Origin: a virus
Lineage: Duplodnaviria; Caudoviricetes
IMG/VR virus record: IMGVR_UViG_3300025000_000096
Span: 649-64,648 of that record
DNA length: 64,000 nt
Direction: 5' to 3' (one strand)
How positions within the stretch are numbered: the stretch's first letter is position 1; each line of letters opens with the position of its first letter. The position numbers and the translations under genes were made by a program. The notes under the pieces are model-generated. The model saw only the letters and a program-made list of their open reading frames with translations, was not told where the DNA came from and did no database searches. Positions 52,301 to 61,780 of this stretch are shown piece by piece.

Positions 52301-53837
52301 TGCTATCCAGGGATTTGAGACCCTTGAAGAGAAGATAGGCAGAGCCCAACTTAAGTGGGAAGCGTTCCTTGCTGGTTTGCAGGGTACAGGGGACCGTCCA
52401 GAATGGATTATGCCTACGGACCAGGGTGGTGTTGGTAGAAATGGGATAGTCGAGGATGTTGGAGGAACCCCGACAGACTTCTTTGACCAGCAGAAAGCCT
52501 TTGATTTTGGTGCGAAGATTAAGGCCCAGATAGACATTGCTAGGGGTGCTTTTGATAGCGTCTTTGGCGAGGGTGGCTCTATTTCTGGCCTGTTTAATGG
52601 CCTATTTGGTGAGGGTGGCACTGTAGGAACCCTGCTTACTGGGTTATTCGGGGAGGGAGGAACCCTAACAAAGTCTTTGGATGAGCTCCCAGGGAAGATA
52701 ACTGCGGCGTTTACGGGAATAGTTGTTCCTCAAGCGCTATTAGACATAGCAGCGGCTTTCCAGAAAGGCTTCGACTGGGCTAACCTATTTTTCGACAAGG
52801 TAAACAGCTGGATTACCCTGGTTGGTTTTGACCTTGTTCTGGATGGGATAGCGGAAGCACTGACGAATATTGGCCTATCTTTCGACACCAATAAAGGAAA
52901 ATGGGATGCCTTCTCAATTGTTGTTGGGGCCATTGCCTTTTCCCTTGGCGTTATTGCCGCTGCCCTTCTTCCAATTGCTTTGCTGATTGTACTTCTTGGC
53001 GGGGTAATTACCTTGTTTATTGCGAAGCTGTTTGAGGCTTGGCTGTTCCTAGGTGAGCTTAAGGACATGCTCGCAAAGATAGTAGAGCTGGTTTTGCTGA
53101 AGGTTATCACCGGGTTTAATGAGGTTAAAGACTTTCTACACGGGTGGTTTGATGACAGGAAAATGGACTTTGTTGCCTTTCTGTGGACGATTGGGGATAA
53201 GGTACGGGCTGGCCTGGCAAAGGTTGTTGAGGGGTGGATTTGGATCTTCACAGTCATCAGAAATAGGCTTGTTGAGTTCTTCGCACATGTCGAGAGCGGC
53301 TGGACAAAGCTATTAAACACTGTAAAGGGCTTTATCGAGACAAAGGTTGCGGAGTGGAAGGCCCTATTTGAAACTAAAATCTCCGAAATTCAGTCTCTGT
53401 TTTCGGTAGACACTTTAAAGACGGCTGGCGTAAACCTTATCCAGGGTTTGTGGAACGGAATATCTGAAAAGTGGGAAGAGTTCAAAAAGTGGTGGGCAGC
53501 CGCCTCTTCTGGTATACTGGAAACCATAAAGGATATTTTCAACATTCAATCCCCATCTGTGGTTATGGAGGGAGTTGGCAAGAACATTGGCGCTGGCCTT
53601 GAGAACGGTCTTTCTGCCTCCATGGACTCTGCAAAGGCTGCGTTCTCTGCCAGCCTGGGCGGGATGATCAACGAGCCAGTTGGTGCGGGTGCTGGGGTTT
53701 CCGGTGGTGGAATGACTCTGGTATTCAACAGAGATTCTGTCCGTTCAGATGCCGACATAAAGGCAATTGCTGATCAGGTTCAGCGTGTGTATGAGAAGAA
53801 GGCCCGAGGGGCAATGAATATGCGAGGTAGCAAGTAA
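49308..53837 (+). CDS. tape measure protein
   Basis: 1509 aa; A.DFD....V.KTTG domain, AGTAMRR, aromatic 11-residue repeats, I.SPS.VM..VG..I..GL. Confidence 0.93.
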   Translation: MPTSQIVIAYKGTGLTQVIAGVSKVRAAMAAPIKTPMQVVPTSAAPVSQNQAGINALKASLPQAGQAPAALATGLGKVVAAANAAAPAIRAVAAAITAVNNAAASPATQALAAESKKDAADQEALHKRIIGWQKAQAKEAQKAAADKEKAAKKAEQAVKKLASEEKKAGQEANRSAAAVESGFRRVERSVLKAANVVTSFGNQARMVLQGIMSISKAFSMTVTPAIIGAFVYSGKAAIDFDESLVRVAKTTGITGKNFTKLSSHLRELALHTSTSVVDLAKIAEQLGQVGVTDVDRIKELTHTFDMLSTSTDISADTVGISMGRIANAFGIDLNTAEGTTQIAKLSSVINRLENEMAATAPQILDFMDTFAQTGSLFKTDDPLKFAAQMAGLGSTLTSVGFSSSEAGTAMRRFLAEIVQNVDKVQDLMGGIKGWGSEQEILNRINTDAVQVVQELAAAAGNGNGAAQVLFKTLEVGGDRGGKAWAALASSTDLAGKSIALVNDELKAGNSLYWEHQRALLSTKGQLGVLRNGFNEVVLVLGDTLLPVINQVIQTIIPLVRTLAKSFQTMSEKNKLMIVGLAMLVAVAGPVVLFLSQIGFGLAMASVAAGGFVKNILQIAFAVARLFRGIVPLGKIIASFGSLFKKAGVAIKGFGGLFGTLTSLFGSFGGAISGFVSGLFSAASAVFVVIGSAVGFLIGGVVKAMGVGEEIAEFFFQLASNAREWGANIVNTFAGGMLSAVATTLANVMQSIGNFIGKYLAGNSPPDMGPLSHIDLWGKNVFDAFLEGFKQADFGVLADIGERIKRIIDTFVKVGLAGDQDPFKFTLEARKNLAELIKVFNETGKISEELLAATVKDVGEQKEEVSKLVVLWLKYNKIQQDLADLEKRKKGVLKGYEAEVALIAKSNMSAEEKVEAIRAAMRGRNDELRVIEQEKEGLEEQEDAAKGLLEVQKEMLEAMQRQDELQLGLIDALKGGSDDPNIGGKAWTLPEGVFDGIRNAIQGFETLEEKIGRAQLKWEAFLAGLQGTGDRPEWIMPTDQGGVGRNGIVEDVGGTPTDFFDQQKAFDFGAKIKAQIDIARGAFDSVFGEGGSISGLFNGLFGEGGTVGTLLTGLFGEGGTLTKSLDELPGKITAAFTGIVVPQALLDIAAAFQKGFDWANLFFDKVNSWITLVGFDLVLDGIAEALTNIGLSFDTNKGKWDAFSIVVGAIAFSLGVIAAALLPIALLIVLLGGVITLFIAKLFEAWLFLGELKDMLAKIVELVLLKVITGFNEVKDFLHGWFDDRKMDFVAFLWTIGDKVRAGLAKVVEGWIWIFTVIRNRLVEFFAHVESGWTKLLNTVKGFIETKVAEWKALFETKISEIQSLFSVDTLKTAGVNLIQGLWNGISEKWEEFKKWWAAASSGILETIKDIFNIQSPSVVMEGVGKNIGAGLENGLSASMDSAKAAFSASLGGMINEPVGAGAGVSGGGMTLVFNRDSVRSDADIKAIADQVQRVYEKKARGAMNMRGSK

Positions 53838-55309
53838 TGGCTTTTATTCTAAAACTTACAGATGGCACACTGGTTGCCGACTTCATATCAGCAGGTACGG
53901 GCTTTCATCTGGAAGATGCCGGGTTCAAGATCGGACCGGCTAAGCAGAAGGAGATGTGGGGTGGCGGCTCCATCTTTTCAAAGTCCGGTGCTCAAATTGT
54001 TGCAAACACACTTGAGAACCGGGAATTGGAAATTACATTTACCTTGTCTGGTGCAACCCCGGCAGCGCTGTCTACAGCCGCCTCTACGATTGAAAACCTG
54101 ATAGAGGCTGCCAGGACCAGATCCAAAGATAGGATGGGGGCTCGGGTGGAACTTCAGTATGCGTGGAATGCAGCAACGGCTACCACTTACTTTGAGGTAA
54201 TTACTGGTGAAGTCCTTTGGCCGGACGATGTAATGTCCGTTGAGCAGATCCACCAGGTAAATGCAGACGGAGACTTGGAGATTTGGGGCATGCAGCTGAC
54301 TTTGACAGTGACTCCCGCAGCTTCCAATATCTCTCCTGTGAACGGGACACCATTAGCTATCCAGCTTACAAACGGCAACGGAACAGACGTTACCACCGGC
54401 CTGGCTGTTTGGAATCATAACGACGCTGGCACTGGCCATGATAACTATGTAGAAATTGATGGTGCTGACCTTCTGGGAAATTACCCAATGAAGACCGTCT
54501 TAAGTTTGCAATCCGACTCTGGAGAGTCTGAAAAGACCAGCGTAGTTTACATAGGCGCTCGGGTTGGCAGCTTTGCATTTAAGAGCATCCTAGAAGATGA
54601 TGCAGCCTCTTATGCCAAAGGTAGCCCAACACCAACGGTGGATGTGGACTACTCATCGGCTGGAACCCATACAGCGGTTTCCTTAACCTCTACCACGGGA
54701 GAGTCCTTGTTTAAATGGACGCTTACGGACCAGGAAACTGAGGATACTCGGGGGGCTTTCCGCTTCTTTGGGCGGGTGGCGCCGAGTACCCACTGGCCCA
54801 GCAATGCTAACTTCCGAGTCGTTGTTCTATATGGAACGACCAGCTTGTACGCTTCTGAGTGGCGTAAGCCTGTCAGCACAACCATCGAGCTCTTTGACTT
54901 GGGCACGATATTCTTGCCACCATGGCTGTCTGGTGTGTCCACTGCTTTGGCTGGATTGGTCATCTCATTGGAAGGCAAGTTGGACGCTGCAGGTACGCAG
55001 GCGGTTGATTTGGACTACGTAGCCCTCCTCCCCCAGGATGGTGGGTACCGGGTCTTAAAGTTTCGAACAACTGGAATGGCACAAACAGAGTACCTTATAG
55101 ACGATGGCTGGGAGGACTCTGTGTACCACATAAACACCTCAGCTAAGAAAACGGGCATCCCATTCGGAATTATGCAAAGGATTTCGTTGACCCCCGCAAA
55201 GGATGTTCGCTTGTACTTCCTAATGGAAGGAACTGCCCAAAATGCGGAAATTACACGAAAGCTAAAGGTGATAGTTAACGTTGCTGGTCAGTATAACGGA
55301 GTGGCATAA
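53837..55309 (+). CDS. distal tail protein
   Basis: Directly after tape measure; NRE..I.F.L. Confidence 0.65.
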   Translation: MAFILKLTDGTLVADFISAGTGFHLEDAGFKIGPAKQKEMWGGGSIFSKSGAQIVANTLENRELEITFTLSGATPAALSTAASTIENLIEAARTRSKDRMGARVELQYAWNAATATTYFEVITGEVLWPDDVMSVEQIHQVNADGDLEIWGMQLTLTVTPAASNISPVNGTPLAIQLTNGNGTDVTTGLAVWNHNDAGTGHDNYVEIDGADLLGNYPMKTVLSLQSDSGESEKTSVVYIGARVGSFAFKSILEDDAASYAKGSPTPTVDVDYSSAGTHTAVSLTSTTGESLFKWTLTDQETEDTRGAFRFFGRVAPSTHWPSNANFRVVVLYGTTSLYASEWRKPVSTTIELFDLGTIFLPPWLSGVSTALAGLVISLEGKLDAAGTQAVDLDYVALLPQDGGYRVLKFRTTGMAQTEYLIDDGWEDSVYHINTSAKKTGIPFGIMQRISLTPAKDVRLYFLMEGTAQNAEITRKLKVIVNVAGQYNGVA

Positions 55310-56445
55310 TGTTCTTAGGCGCCGCTATCTGGCGGACATATACAGAGCTTGACACAGACTTTGTGGAGTGGGTGGAATCTATTGATGATTTCAACTTTGA
55401 CACAATCGTTGTTGGCGGATTTGGTTCTGCCAGCTTTAGTGTTGGCGTTTCTGGGTGGTCTGCCAGTCGGTGGTATAGGGACTATGTTGGCTACCACGTA
55501 GTCATTTTTGACTTCTTCGGGCGCAGAGTGTATGAGGGTCGAGTCCAAGCCACTGATGGCTCTCTTGGAAAAGTGTCTGTCAGCTTGGCCGGGTACTACG
55601 TCCATGCGGGGGATTTGACCCATGGGATAGAGTACCCTGCAAGCGTTCCAACGTCCATATCGGACATCATAATTGACACGGTCACTCTGGCCGATCAGTG
55701 GAGCACGGACTTGACCCACATTGACCTGACTGTTACAGACATCACTCCCCAGGACTTTAGGGGTGAGACAAAACTGCAAGATGCCATAGATGCCACAATC
55801 AAGTTTGGCTCAGACGGAATATTGCCCGTTCCTCTTCACTTTGGAATCTGGGAAAATAGGGTTGCTTATCTCACGCCATATAAAGAGCCAACAGGTGAGC
55901 CTGAGTGGCTGATCTACACAACGGATTTTGTAGACTCTGGTAGCTTCTCAATTGCCCGGTCAAGGGATAACCTGTTCAACAAGTTACAGGTTCTGTATGA
56001 TGACCCGGACATTGGCCAGGACTTTACTGGTTGGTTTGAGGACCTTGTTAGCCAAAGCCTTTTCGGCGTCAGAGAAGGCAGTTTGAACATAGGAGCGGCT
56101 GAGCCTGGCTTGGCGAATATTATAGGGGCGCTTGCCCTTCGAAGCTACGCATACCCAACTCAGGAATCCAAGATAGAAGTATCCGGTAGAGTGTATGCCT
56201 GGGCTGGAGCAGCGGATTATCCATACATGGTTAGGGCCGGGGATCTGGTAATGATCCCGGACTATGACCCCTCTGTTGCCCAGTCTGTTGCTGGCCAGGC
56301 CGGTCAAGATTTTGCAATTGCAGTTGTTACAAGGACAAGCTACTCTGCGAATGACAACAAGCTGAGTATAGAGTTTGGCAAGGCGAACCCAACCCTGGAT
56401 TTGCTGCTGGCCAGATTGGGTATGAGCAGCGGGTCTGTGAGGTAA
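55309..56445 (+). CDS. baseplate hub / tail tip protein
   Basis: GGFGSASF, VYEGRV, SQ..FG.REG, VRAGD. Confidence 0.65.
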   Translation: MFLGAAIWRTYTELDTDFVEWVESIDDFNFDTIVVGGFGSASFSVGVSGWSASRWYRDYVGYHVVIFDFFGRRVYEGRVQATDGSLGKVSVSLAGYYVHAGDLTHGIEYPASVPTSISDIIIDTVTLADQWSTDLTHIDLTVTDITPQDFRGETKLQDAIDATIKFGSDGILPVPLHFGIWENRVAYLTPYKEPTGEPEWLIYTTDFVDSGSFSIARSRDNLFNKLQVLYDDPDIGQDFTGWFEDLVSQSLFGVREGSLNIGAAEPGLANIIGALALRSYAYPTQESKIEVSGRVYAWAGAADYPYMVRAGDLVMIPDYDPSVAQSVAGQAGQDFAIAVVTRTSYSANDNKLSIEFGKANPTLDLLLARLGMSSGSVR

Positions 56446-56447
56446 TC

Positions 56448-58709
56448 TTGGACCAGACAACGATCAATGAACTAAATTCATACTTCCTCAGCAAAAAGGG
56501 TGGCGGCGTAGATGGCTTTATCAAGCCTGCAGTAGATGACACCCACGATCTTGGAGCGGCTGACCAGCGTTGGAGGACGATTTATGCTACCAGTGTTGTT
56601 GCTGGCAGCATTACGGGTGGTTCTGTAGACTCGGCCACGGACGCTGACCGAGTAGATGGCTTTGATGCTGCTCAAAACCCAATCCCTGGTTACTTGCTGG
56701 CCCTTGACCCGCAAGGAACGTACCCAATCTCCGTATACCCAGAGGCCATTCTTAAGGATGGGTCTCGGGCACTGGAAGGCAGCTTGACGGTTGTTGCTGG
56801 TGCTCTAATTGATGCTGTTGACATTGGCGCCCACAACCATTCAGGCGCTGCTGGTATGGGCACACAAATGGGGCATGCTCTTTTAACTGGGCTTGACGCA
56901 GACGACCATCCTCAGTATGCTCAGCGTGGTCAGGATGAAATCATTACGGGGGATTGGGCCTTCACAGACCTTGTTGACCGTACAAAGGGTTGGCAATTCT
57001 TAGCAGAAGAGTACAAGTTTGTTGCCCTTGCTCACAGCTTGTTTATGGAGGCAACAACCTCCTATGCTCGAATAGCGTTAGGTGCCCTTGTTGCAACAGA
57101 GTACGGAATTACCCTGTTTGATGATACAACAAACACCTACATCAAGGTTGGCCGGGGCGACGATGTAATCATGCTGTCCTCTACAGACGCTGCCTACCTT
57201 TTGTGGGCGGGGGATGCGATAGCGGCGGATGCTCCATTCTCTGTCGCAAAAGATGGGTCAATCTACTCCATAGCTGGGGAGATTGCTGGCTGGACCATCT
57301 CAGCCGCCTCTCTTGAGTCGAATCTTCTAAGCCTGCAAAGTGCTGGCAGGATCGTGGCCGGGTCCGGCAATGACATCATTTATTTGGATTCCCAAGATGC
57401 TACTTGGCGCTTGTGGGCTGGAAATGCAACAGCGTCTTCTGCAGCGTTTAGGGTTAGCAAGACTGGTCGAGCCTACTTTGCAGACGCCTATGTTGTAGGA
57501 ACTTTACGTAGCACAAATTTTGTATCTGGTACTTCCGGCTTTTCTATGAACTCAGATGGAACAGCCGAGTTTGATAACATTATTGCCCGTGGTAGATTGA
57601 CAGCATACGTGTTGGCAGAGGCAACCATCTCTGTTGCAAGCGGCAGGACGATCATTTCGGATGGGGCAGTTCTGGCAGTGGACATGTCAAACACAGATGA
57701 CTTTATCATCTTTGATGCTCCTGCATTCGAGGCGAGTGACATCATCCGCTTGAAGCCGGATATAAACAGGGACGAGTGGATGCTTGTATCCTCTGCCCCA
57801 ATCATTGTGGCTGAGGGGTTCAAGTACTTTGTTGTTAGGAGCCTAAACTCGGCAGAAGTGGGGTATGTTCAGTCGGCCTTCTACGCTGGTGAGAATGCGG
57901 CCAGGTTTGGAAGCGCTTCCGAAACCGGGTCTGGTGCTCCCCTATCCGCAGGTGAGGAGGGCCAAGAGCTTGGTGAGTTTCAGCCTGGTGGTCCTAACCT
58001 GGCAACTTCTGGCGGGTACCTTATCTTGGAGGGTGGGAGGGCCTGGGGTCCATATTTTGGGGTTGTGCGCAGGTATGGGCCATTGTATGATCAACTCCTG
58101 GATGTTGTAAGGATTGGAAACCTTTCTGGTATCCTGGACTATACAACGGAGATTTACGGTGCAGTCTTTGGCGACTCAAATGACTTCATGTCTTACGATC
58201 CAACAAACGGGCTCAGAATATCTACTCGATCAGGAGTTACAACAATCAACCAGGCCGGAATGGCAACAGATGTGTTTTCGCTAATCCAAGAGGACACTGT
58301 ACCGGACTACCTAGACAACCACATGAATTTGTGGAACGACTACGCATCCAGCGGACACCGATTAAAGGTTAGGTCAAAGTTTGGAGCGGACGAGCTCACA
58401 ACAGAGGTGATGCTTGGCTATCTGGGGGATCTGCCAATTGTAACAGTTACGGGAGATCACACAGCCACGCTGTACAATTGTACAATTCTGGTTTCTTGCA
58501 GCTCTGTTAACATCACCATAAATCTGCCTGCTGCAGCATCCTGTGCTCGGCACGTCTACCACATAAAGAAAATAGATGCCACCGGATATACGGTGATCAT
58601 TGATCCAAACGGAAGTGAGCTGGTTGACGGAGTTTCTACAAACACAATCAGCGCCGCAATGGCCACAGTTTCTGTTCAGAGTGACGGATCTGGCTGGTTT
58701 ACCATATGA
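56448..58709 (+). CDS. central tail fibre / tail protein
   Basis: DLG....RW.TIYA, DDHPQY, A..APFSV..DG, NFVSG.SGF....DG.AEF.NI.ARG, I.LPAA..Y.IKKID..SDG..W. Confidence 0.75.
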   Translation: MDQTTINELNSYFLSKKGGGVDGFIKPAVDDTHDLGAADQRWRTIYATSVVAGSITGGSVDSATDADRVDGFDAAQNPIPGYLLALDPQGTYPISVYPEAILKDGSRALEGSLTVVAGALIDAVDIGAHNHSGAAGMGTQMGHALLTGLDADDHPQYAQRGQDEIITGDWAFTDLVDRTKGWQFLAEEYKFVALAHSLFMEATTSYARIALGALVATEYGITLFDDTTNTYIKVGRGDDVIMLSSTDAAYLLWAGDAIAADAPFSVAKDGSIYSIAGEIAGWTISAASLESNLLSLQSAGRIVAGSGNDIIYLDSQDATWRLWAGNATASSAAFRVSKTGRAYFADAYVVGTLRSTNFVSGTSGFSMNSDGTAEFDNIIARGRLTAYVLAEATISVASGRTIISDGAVLAVDMSNTDDFIIFDAPAFEASDIIRLKPDINRDEWMLVSSAPIIVAEGFKYFVVRSLNSAEVGYVQSAFYAGENAARFGSASETGSGAPLSAGEEGQELGEFQPGGPNLATSGGYLILEGGRAWGPYFGVVRRYGPLYDQLLDVVRIGNLSGILDYTTEIYGAVFGDSNDFMSYDPTNGLRISTRSGVTTINQAGMATDVFSLIQEDTVPDYLDNHMNLWNDYASSGHRLKVRSKFGADELTTEVMLGYLGDLPIVTVTGDHTATLYNCTILVSCSSVNITINLPAAASCARHVYHIKKIDATGYTVIIDPNGSELVDGVSTNTISAAMATVSVQSDGSGWFTI

Positions 58710-58723
58710 GAGGCTTTTAAACA

Positions 58724-60193
58724 ATGACGGCTAATTTTCCAACAACTTATGATGCTGTGTCTGATGTATTCGGAGCGCTTAGCAGCTTAGCCGTGCTAAC
58801 CCTGAACGGTGGACACAACTTTGCAGCTACCACATTCACATTCAATGAAAGCGTGGTGGGTATCGGCATTGATACTACCTTGGTGGCGGCAGGGTCTGGG
58901 TTTTCAGAAGTCGTTTTTACAGGCGCTGGCCTGGACGATGAGACCTTTGGTGGAACTTACGATGGGATACCCAATCGGGTAGATTTCGTCGTTCAGATAG
59001 ATGGAACAGGCAGCCCAGACACTTTTAAGTGGTCAAAGGATGCGGGTGCTACATGGGAAGATACGGCTGTCCCATGCTCTACGGGGGCAACGGCTCTTTC
59101 GGACGGGGTTACTATCCTATTTGCCGCCTCAACTGGTCACACAATCGGCAATAATTGGGCACTTTCTGCCGGTATAGAACTCATAAGGGTTACCGTTAAC
59201 AACACAACGAACCTGACAGTTACTCGTGGATTTGACAATTCTGTAATCCGGGCCTACACTACGGGCCATACATTTACTCAGGACATCACATCTGGAGACT
59301 TTACAAGGCTTCGAGACGTGGTACTGGCTGCCCAAAAGTTTGCGGGGCTTGTTGGACTGTTTGCTGCAAGGCCGATGGGGTGCTTGCCCGGAGAAGTGTA
59401 CATTGCAACGAACACATCTACTGTGTACGTCTGTTTTGAAACAGACACTTGGACGGCCTTTCAAATAGCAGACCATGGCGGGTTTTCCGGCCTAGCAGAC
59501 GATGACCACACCCAGTACCAAAATGATGCAAGAGCTCTTTCTTGGCATTCAGGGATTGGTAGCCACATATCGGCGGTTGCGCATGACCACTCAGGGACTA
59601 CAGAAGGTGCCCCAGTTACCAGATTTCACAGTGGCTTGGACTCTGCAAAAGGGACACCAACAGCCGTTGGTCAGCTGTACATGGCATATGACACTGGTAA
59701 TTTGTACTTTGCGAATGCTGCAGGAACTTCCTGGGTTCAATATCAGGGTGTGCAGAAGGGCTCGATCATGTTTTTTGAATCTGCATGCCCGTCTGGGTGG
59801 ACAGCTGTTGGTTCTCTTGATGGGAAGTATCCAAAGGCGGCTGACACATCAGAATGGACCGGGCTAACTTCTGGCGGAGAAGCTACCCATCTTCACAGCG
59901 TGCCAGAGGTGCCTGCACACAGTCACATAATCGAGAGGGGTGGCTTTGCAACAAACACAATTGGTGCCCACACCCATACATACGCTGTTCGGTCAGGTGC
60001 TGGAGGTACAACGCTTCCATACTTCGTAGCTGATTATGGAACGGATAACTTGTCCACTTCCTCAGCCGGTGCCCACACCCACTCGGCCACAATTGCTGCG
60101 CACAACACAAACAGTGTAGACCCAATAGCGGCGACAAACGCCAGTAGCATTGGCCTGCAAACATACACTTTGAGAGCTTGTAGAAAGGATTAG
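58724..60193 (+). CDS. tail fibre-like protein
   Basis: DDDHTQY, collar-like CPSGW, HxH-rich tip. Confidence 0.72.
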   Translation: MTANFPTTYDAVSDVFGALSSLAVLTLNGGHNFAATTFTFNESVVGIGIDTTLVAAGSGFSEVVFTGAGLDDETFGGTYDGIPNRVDFVVQIDGTGSPDTFKWSKDAGATWEDTAVPCSTGATALSDGVTILFAASTGHTIGNNWALSAGIELIRVTVNNTTNLTVTRGFDNSVIRAYTTGHTFTQDITSGDFTRLRDVVLAAQKFAGLVGLFAARPMGCLPGEVYIATNTSTVYVCFETDTWTAFQIADHGGFSGLADDDHTQYQNDARALSWHSGIGSHISAVAHDHSGTTEGAPVTRFHSGLDSAKGTPTAVGQLYMAYDTGNLYFANAAGTSWVQYQGVQKGSIMFFESACPSGWTAVGSLDGKYPKAADTSEWTGLTSGGEATHLHSVPEVPAHSHIIERGGFATNTIGAHTHTYAVRSGAGGTTLPYFVADYGTDNLSTSSAGAHTHSATIAAHNTNSVDPIAATNASSIGLQTYTLRACRKD

Positions 60194-60197
60194 GGAA

Positions 60198-60548
60198 ATG
60201 GTTGAAGAGAAAGATTTAAGAGTAAAGATCATTATATCACATGATAAGAACGAACTGGTCAGGGTGGATGCCAGCATCCTTGAGAGTTTGCTAATTTTAG
60301 GGTTTGTCCGGCAGGATATTTTCCTGATGCTTGCGAGCAACTCAGCCTGGCCGTTTGTAGAGGAAAGAACCTATTACCCAGCAGCGGATGGTGAGGATCG
60401 AAAAGTGTGTGCAGTGTACAATAGGGTGCTTAACAAGCTCCAGTACTCTGTTACCGGATTTACCCCATTCGAAGCGCTTGAGCAAGTGGTACTGTTTGAG
60501 CAGGTACTTCAGAAGGACCTTTTAAGTGGCACGACCAACAGCCTCTAA
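60198..60548 (+). CDS. hypothetical protein (possible fibre chaperone)
   Basis: 116-aa ORF between two fibre paralogs. Confidence 0.5.
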   Translation: MVEEKDLRVKIIISHDKNELVRVDASILESLLILGFVRQDIFLMLASNSAWPFVEERTYYPAADGEDRKVCAVYNRVLNKLQYSVTGFTPFEALEQVVLFEQVLQKDLLSGTTNSL

Positions 60549-61779
60549 CTTTCCAGCAGCGCTTGACAGCGCATTGTCTCTGTTTGCTGTTCCAGGGGAT
60601 CGGCAAACGGCTCTTCTTGCTGCCAGCATGTCGGTGTCTGACTTGATTGCGACACTGAACATAGAAGCGCCAAACATAGAAACGGCCCCCTGTTTCCTGC
60701 TTTTCCAGGGTGGGGAGATTTGGTTTGTGGATGTTGGAGAGGCCACTGTCACAGGCGGGCAAACGATCATAAATCTGTCCGCCATTACACAGAGGGGTAT
60801 GTTTGGCACCAGCCTTCAACCGCATGAGACGAATGAAGAAGTGTACATAACGGTCACGGCTGAGGTTTACAACCAACTTAAGAGAGCAACAGAGGCACTT
60901 CAGCAATATGGCTTTCTAATTGGGACGACTGCTCAGAGGACGGCGTATACTCCTGTAGCTGGGGAGGGGTGGCTCGACACAACTACGAATGCGGTGTACT
61001 ATTGCTTTACGGGTGGCTCTTTTACAAAAGTGAGCCTGTCTGCCCACTCAGAAATGACTGGATTGGCTGATGATGACCATGCTCAGTACCACAATGACAG
61101 CCGGGCAAATACCTGGCATGGGACTCTTTCTGGGGTGCACATTACTTCTGGAGATTCCCACAACCACCTATCTGCTGGTGAGGGAGACGCTGTGTTGGTG
61201 GTCAAGGCGGGTATCTACGCTTCTATTGGATCTCCTGCCAACATTGGTGACTTATACTTTGCAACGGATACTGCAGAGGGTGGGACGCTCTACATTTCAT
61301 TGAACGGGTCCGTTTGGACTGCTGTTTCAGGAGTTCCGTCTGGTGCCATTGCACCCTTTACAGGGGCCTGCCCATCTGGTTGGACCAGGTTTACAGCACT
61401 TGACGGAAAGTATATGAAAGTTGACAACACCTCCCCTGGCGCAGCTTCTGGCGGGGCAACACACACCCACTTCCTGGGTGGAAACGCTGCACACTATCAC
61501 CCAGTAGCTTCACAAGCGTCTGCAAGTAGCACAGACCCAGGCACACACGTTCACTTGGTAACCACTGAGAACGACACACCAGAGGTTGGCTACTCCGAAC
61601 TTAGAGACCTCAACCTTACAACGGGTACGATCACAACCTCATCTGCCGGAGCCCACACCCACTCATTGACAATTCCCGCAGGAACTACAGCACCTGCAGG
61701 GGGCTCTGCAGGGGAAAACATAGACACAGCAGCTGCAGAACCTCCTTATAAAGAGGCTGTTTGGTGCAAACGAGACTAG
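60526..61779 (+). CDS. tail fibre-like protein (paralog of 58724..60193)
   Basis: DDDHAQY, VPSGAI..F..ACPSGW, HxH-rich tip. Confidence 0.72.
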   Translation: MARPTASNFPAALDSALSLFAVPGDRQTALLAASMSVSDLIATLNIEAPNIETAPCFLLFQGGEIWFVDVGEATVTGGQTIINLSAITQRGMFGTSLQPHETNEEVYITVTAEVYNQLKRATEALQQYGFLIGTTAQRTAYTPVAGEGWLDTTTNAVYYCFTGGSFTKVSLSAHSEMTGLADDDHAQYHNDSRANTWHGTLSGVHITSGDSHNHLSAGEGDAVLVVKAGIYASIGSPANIGDLYFATDTAEGGTLYISLNGSVWTAVSGVPSGAIAPFTGACPSGWTRFTALDGKYMKVDNTSPGAASGGATHTHFLGGNAAHYHPVASQASASSTDPGTHVHLVTTENDTPEVGYSELRDLNLTTGTITTSSAGAHTHSLTIPAGTTAPAGGSAGENIDTAAAEPPYKEAVWCKRD

Positions 61780-61780
61780 C

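Noticed and set aside
49457-53758. Minus-strand ORFs opposite the tape measure gene and similar shadow ORFs elsewhere
   Set aside because: Antisense shadows of long genes caused by codon bias
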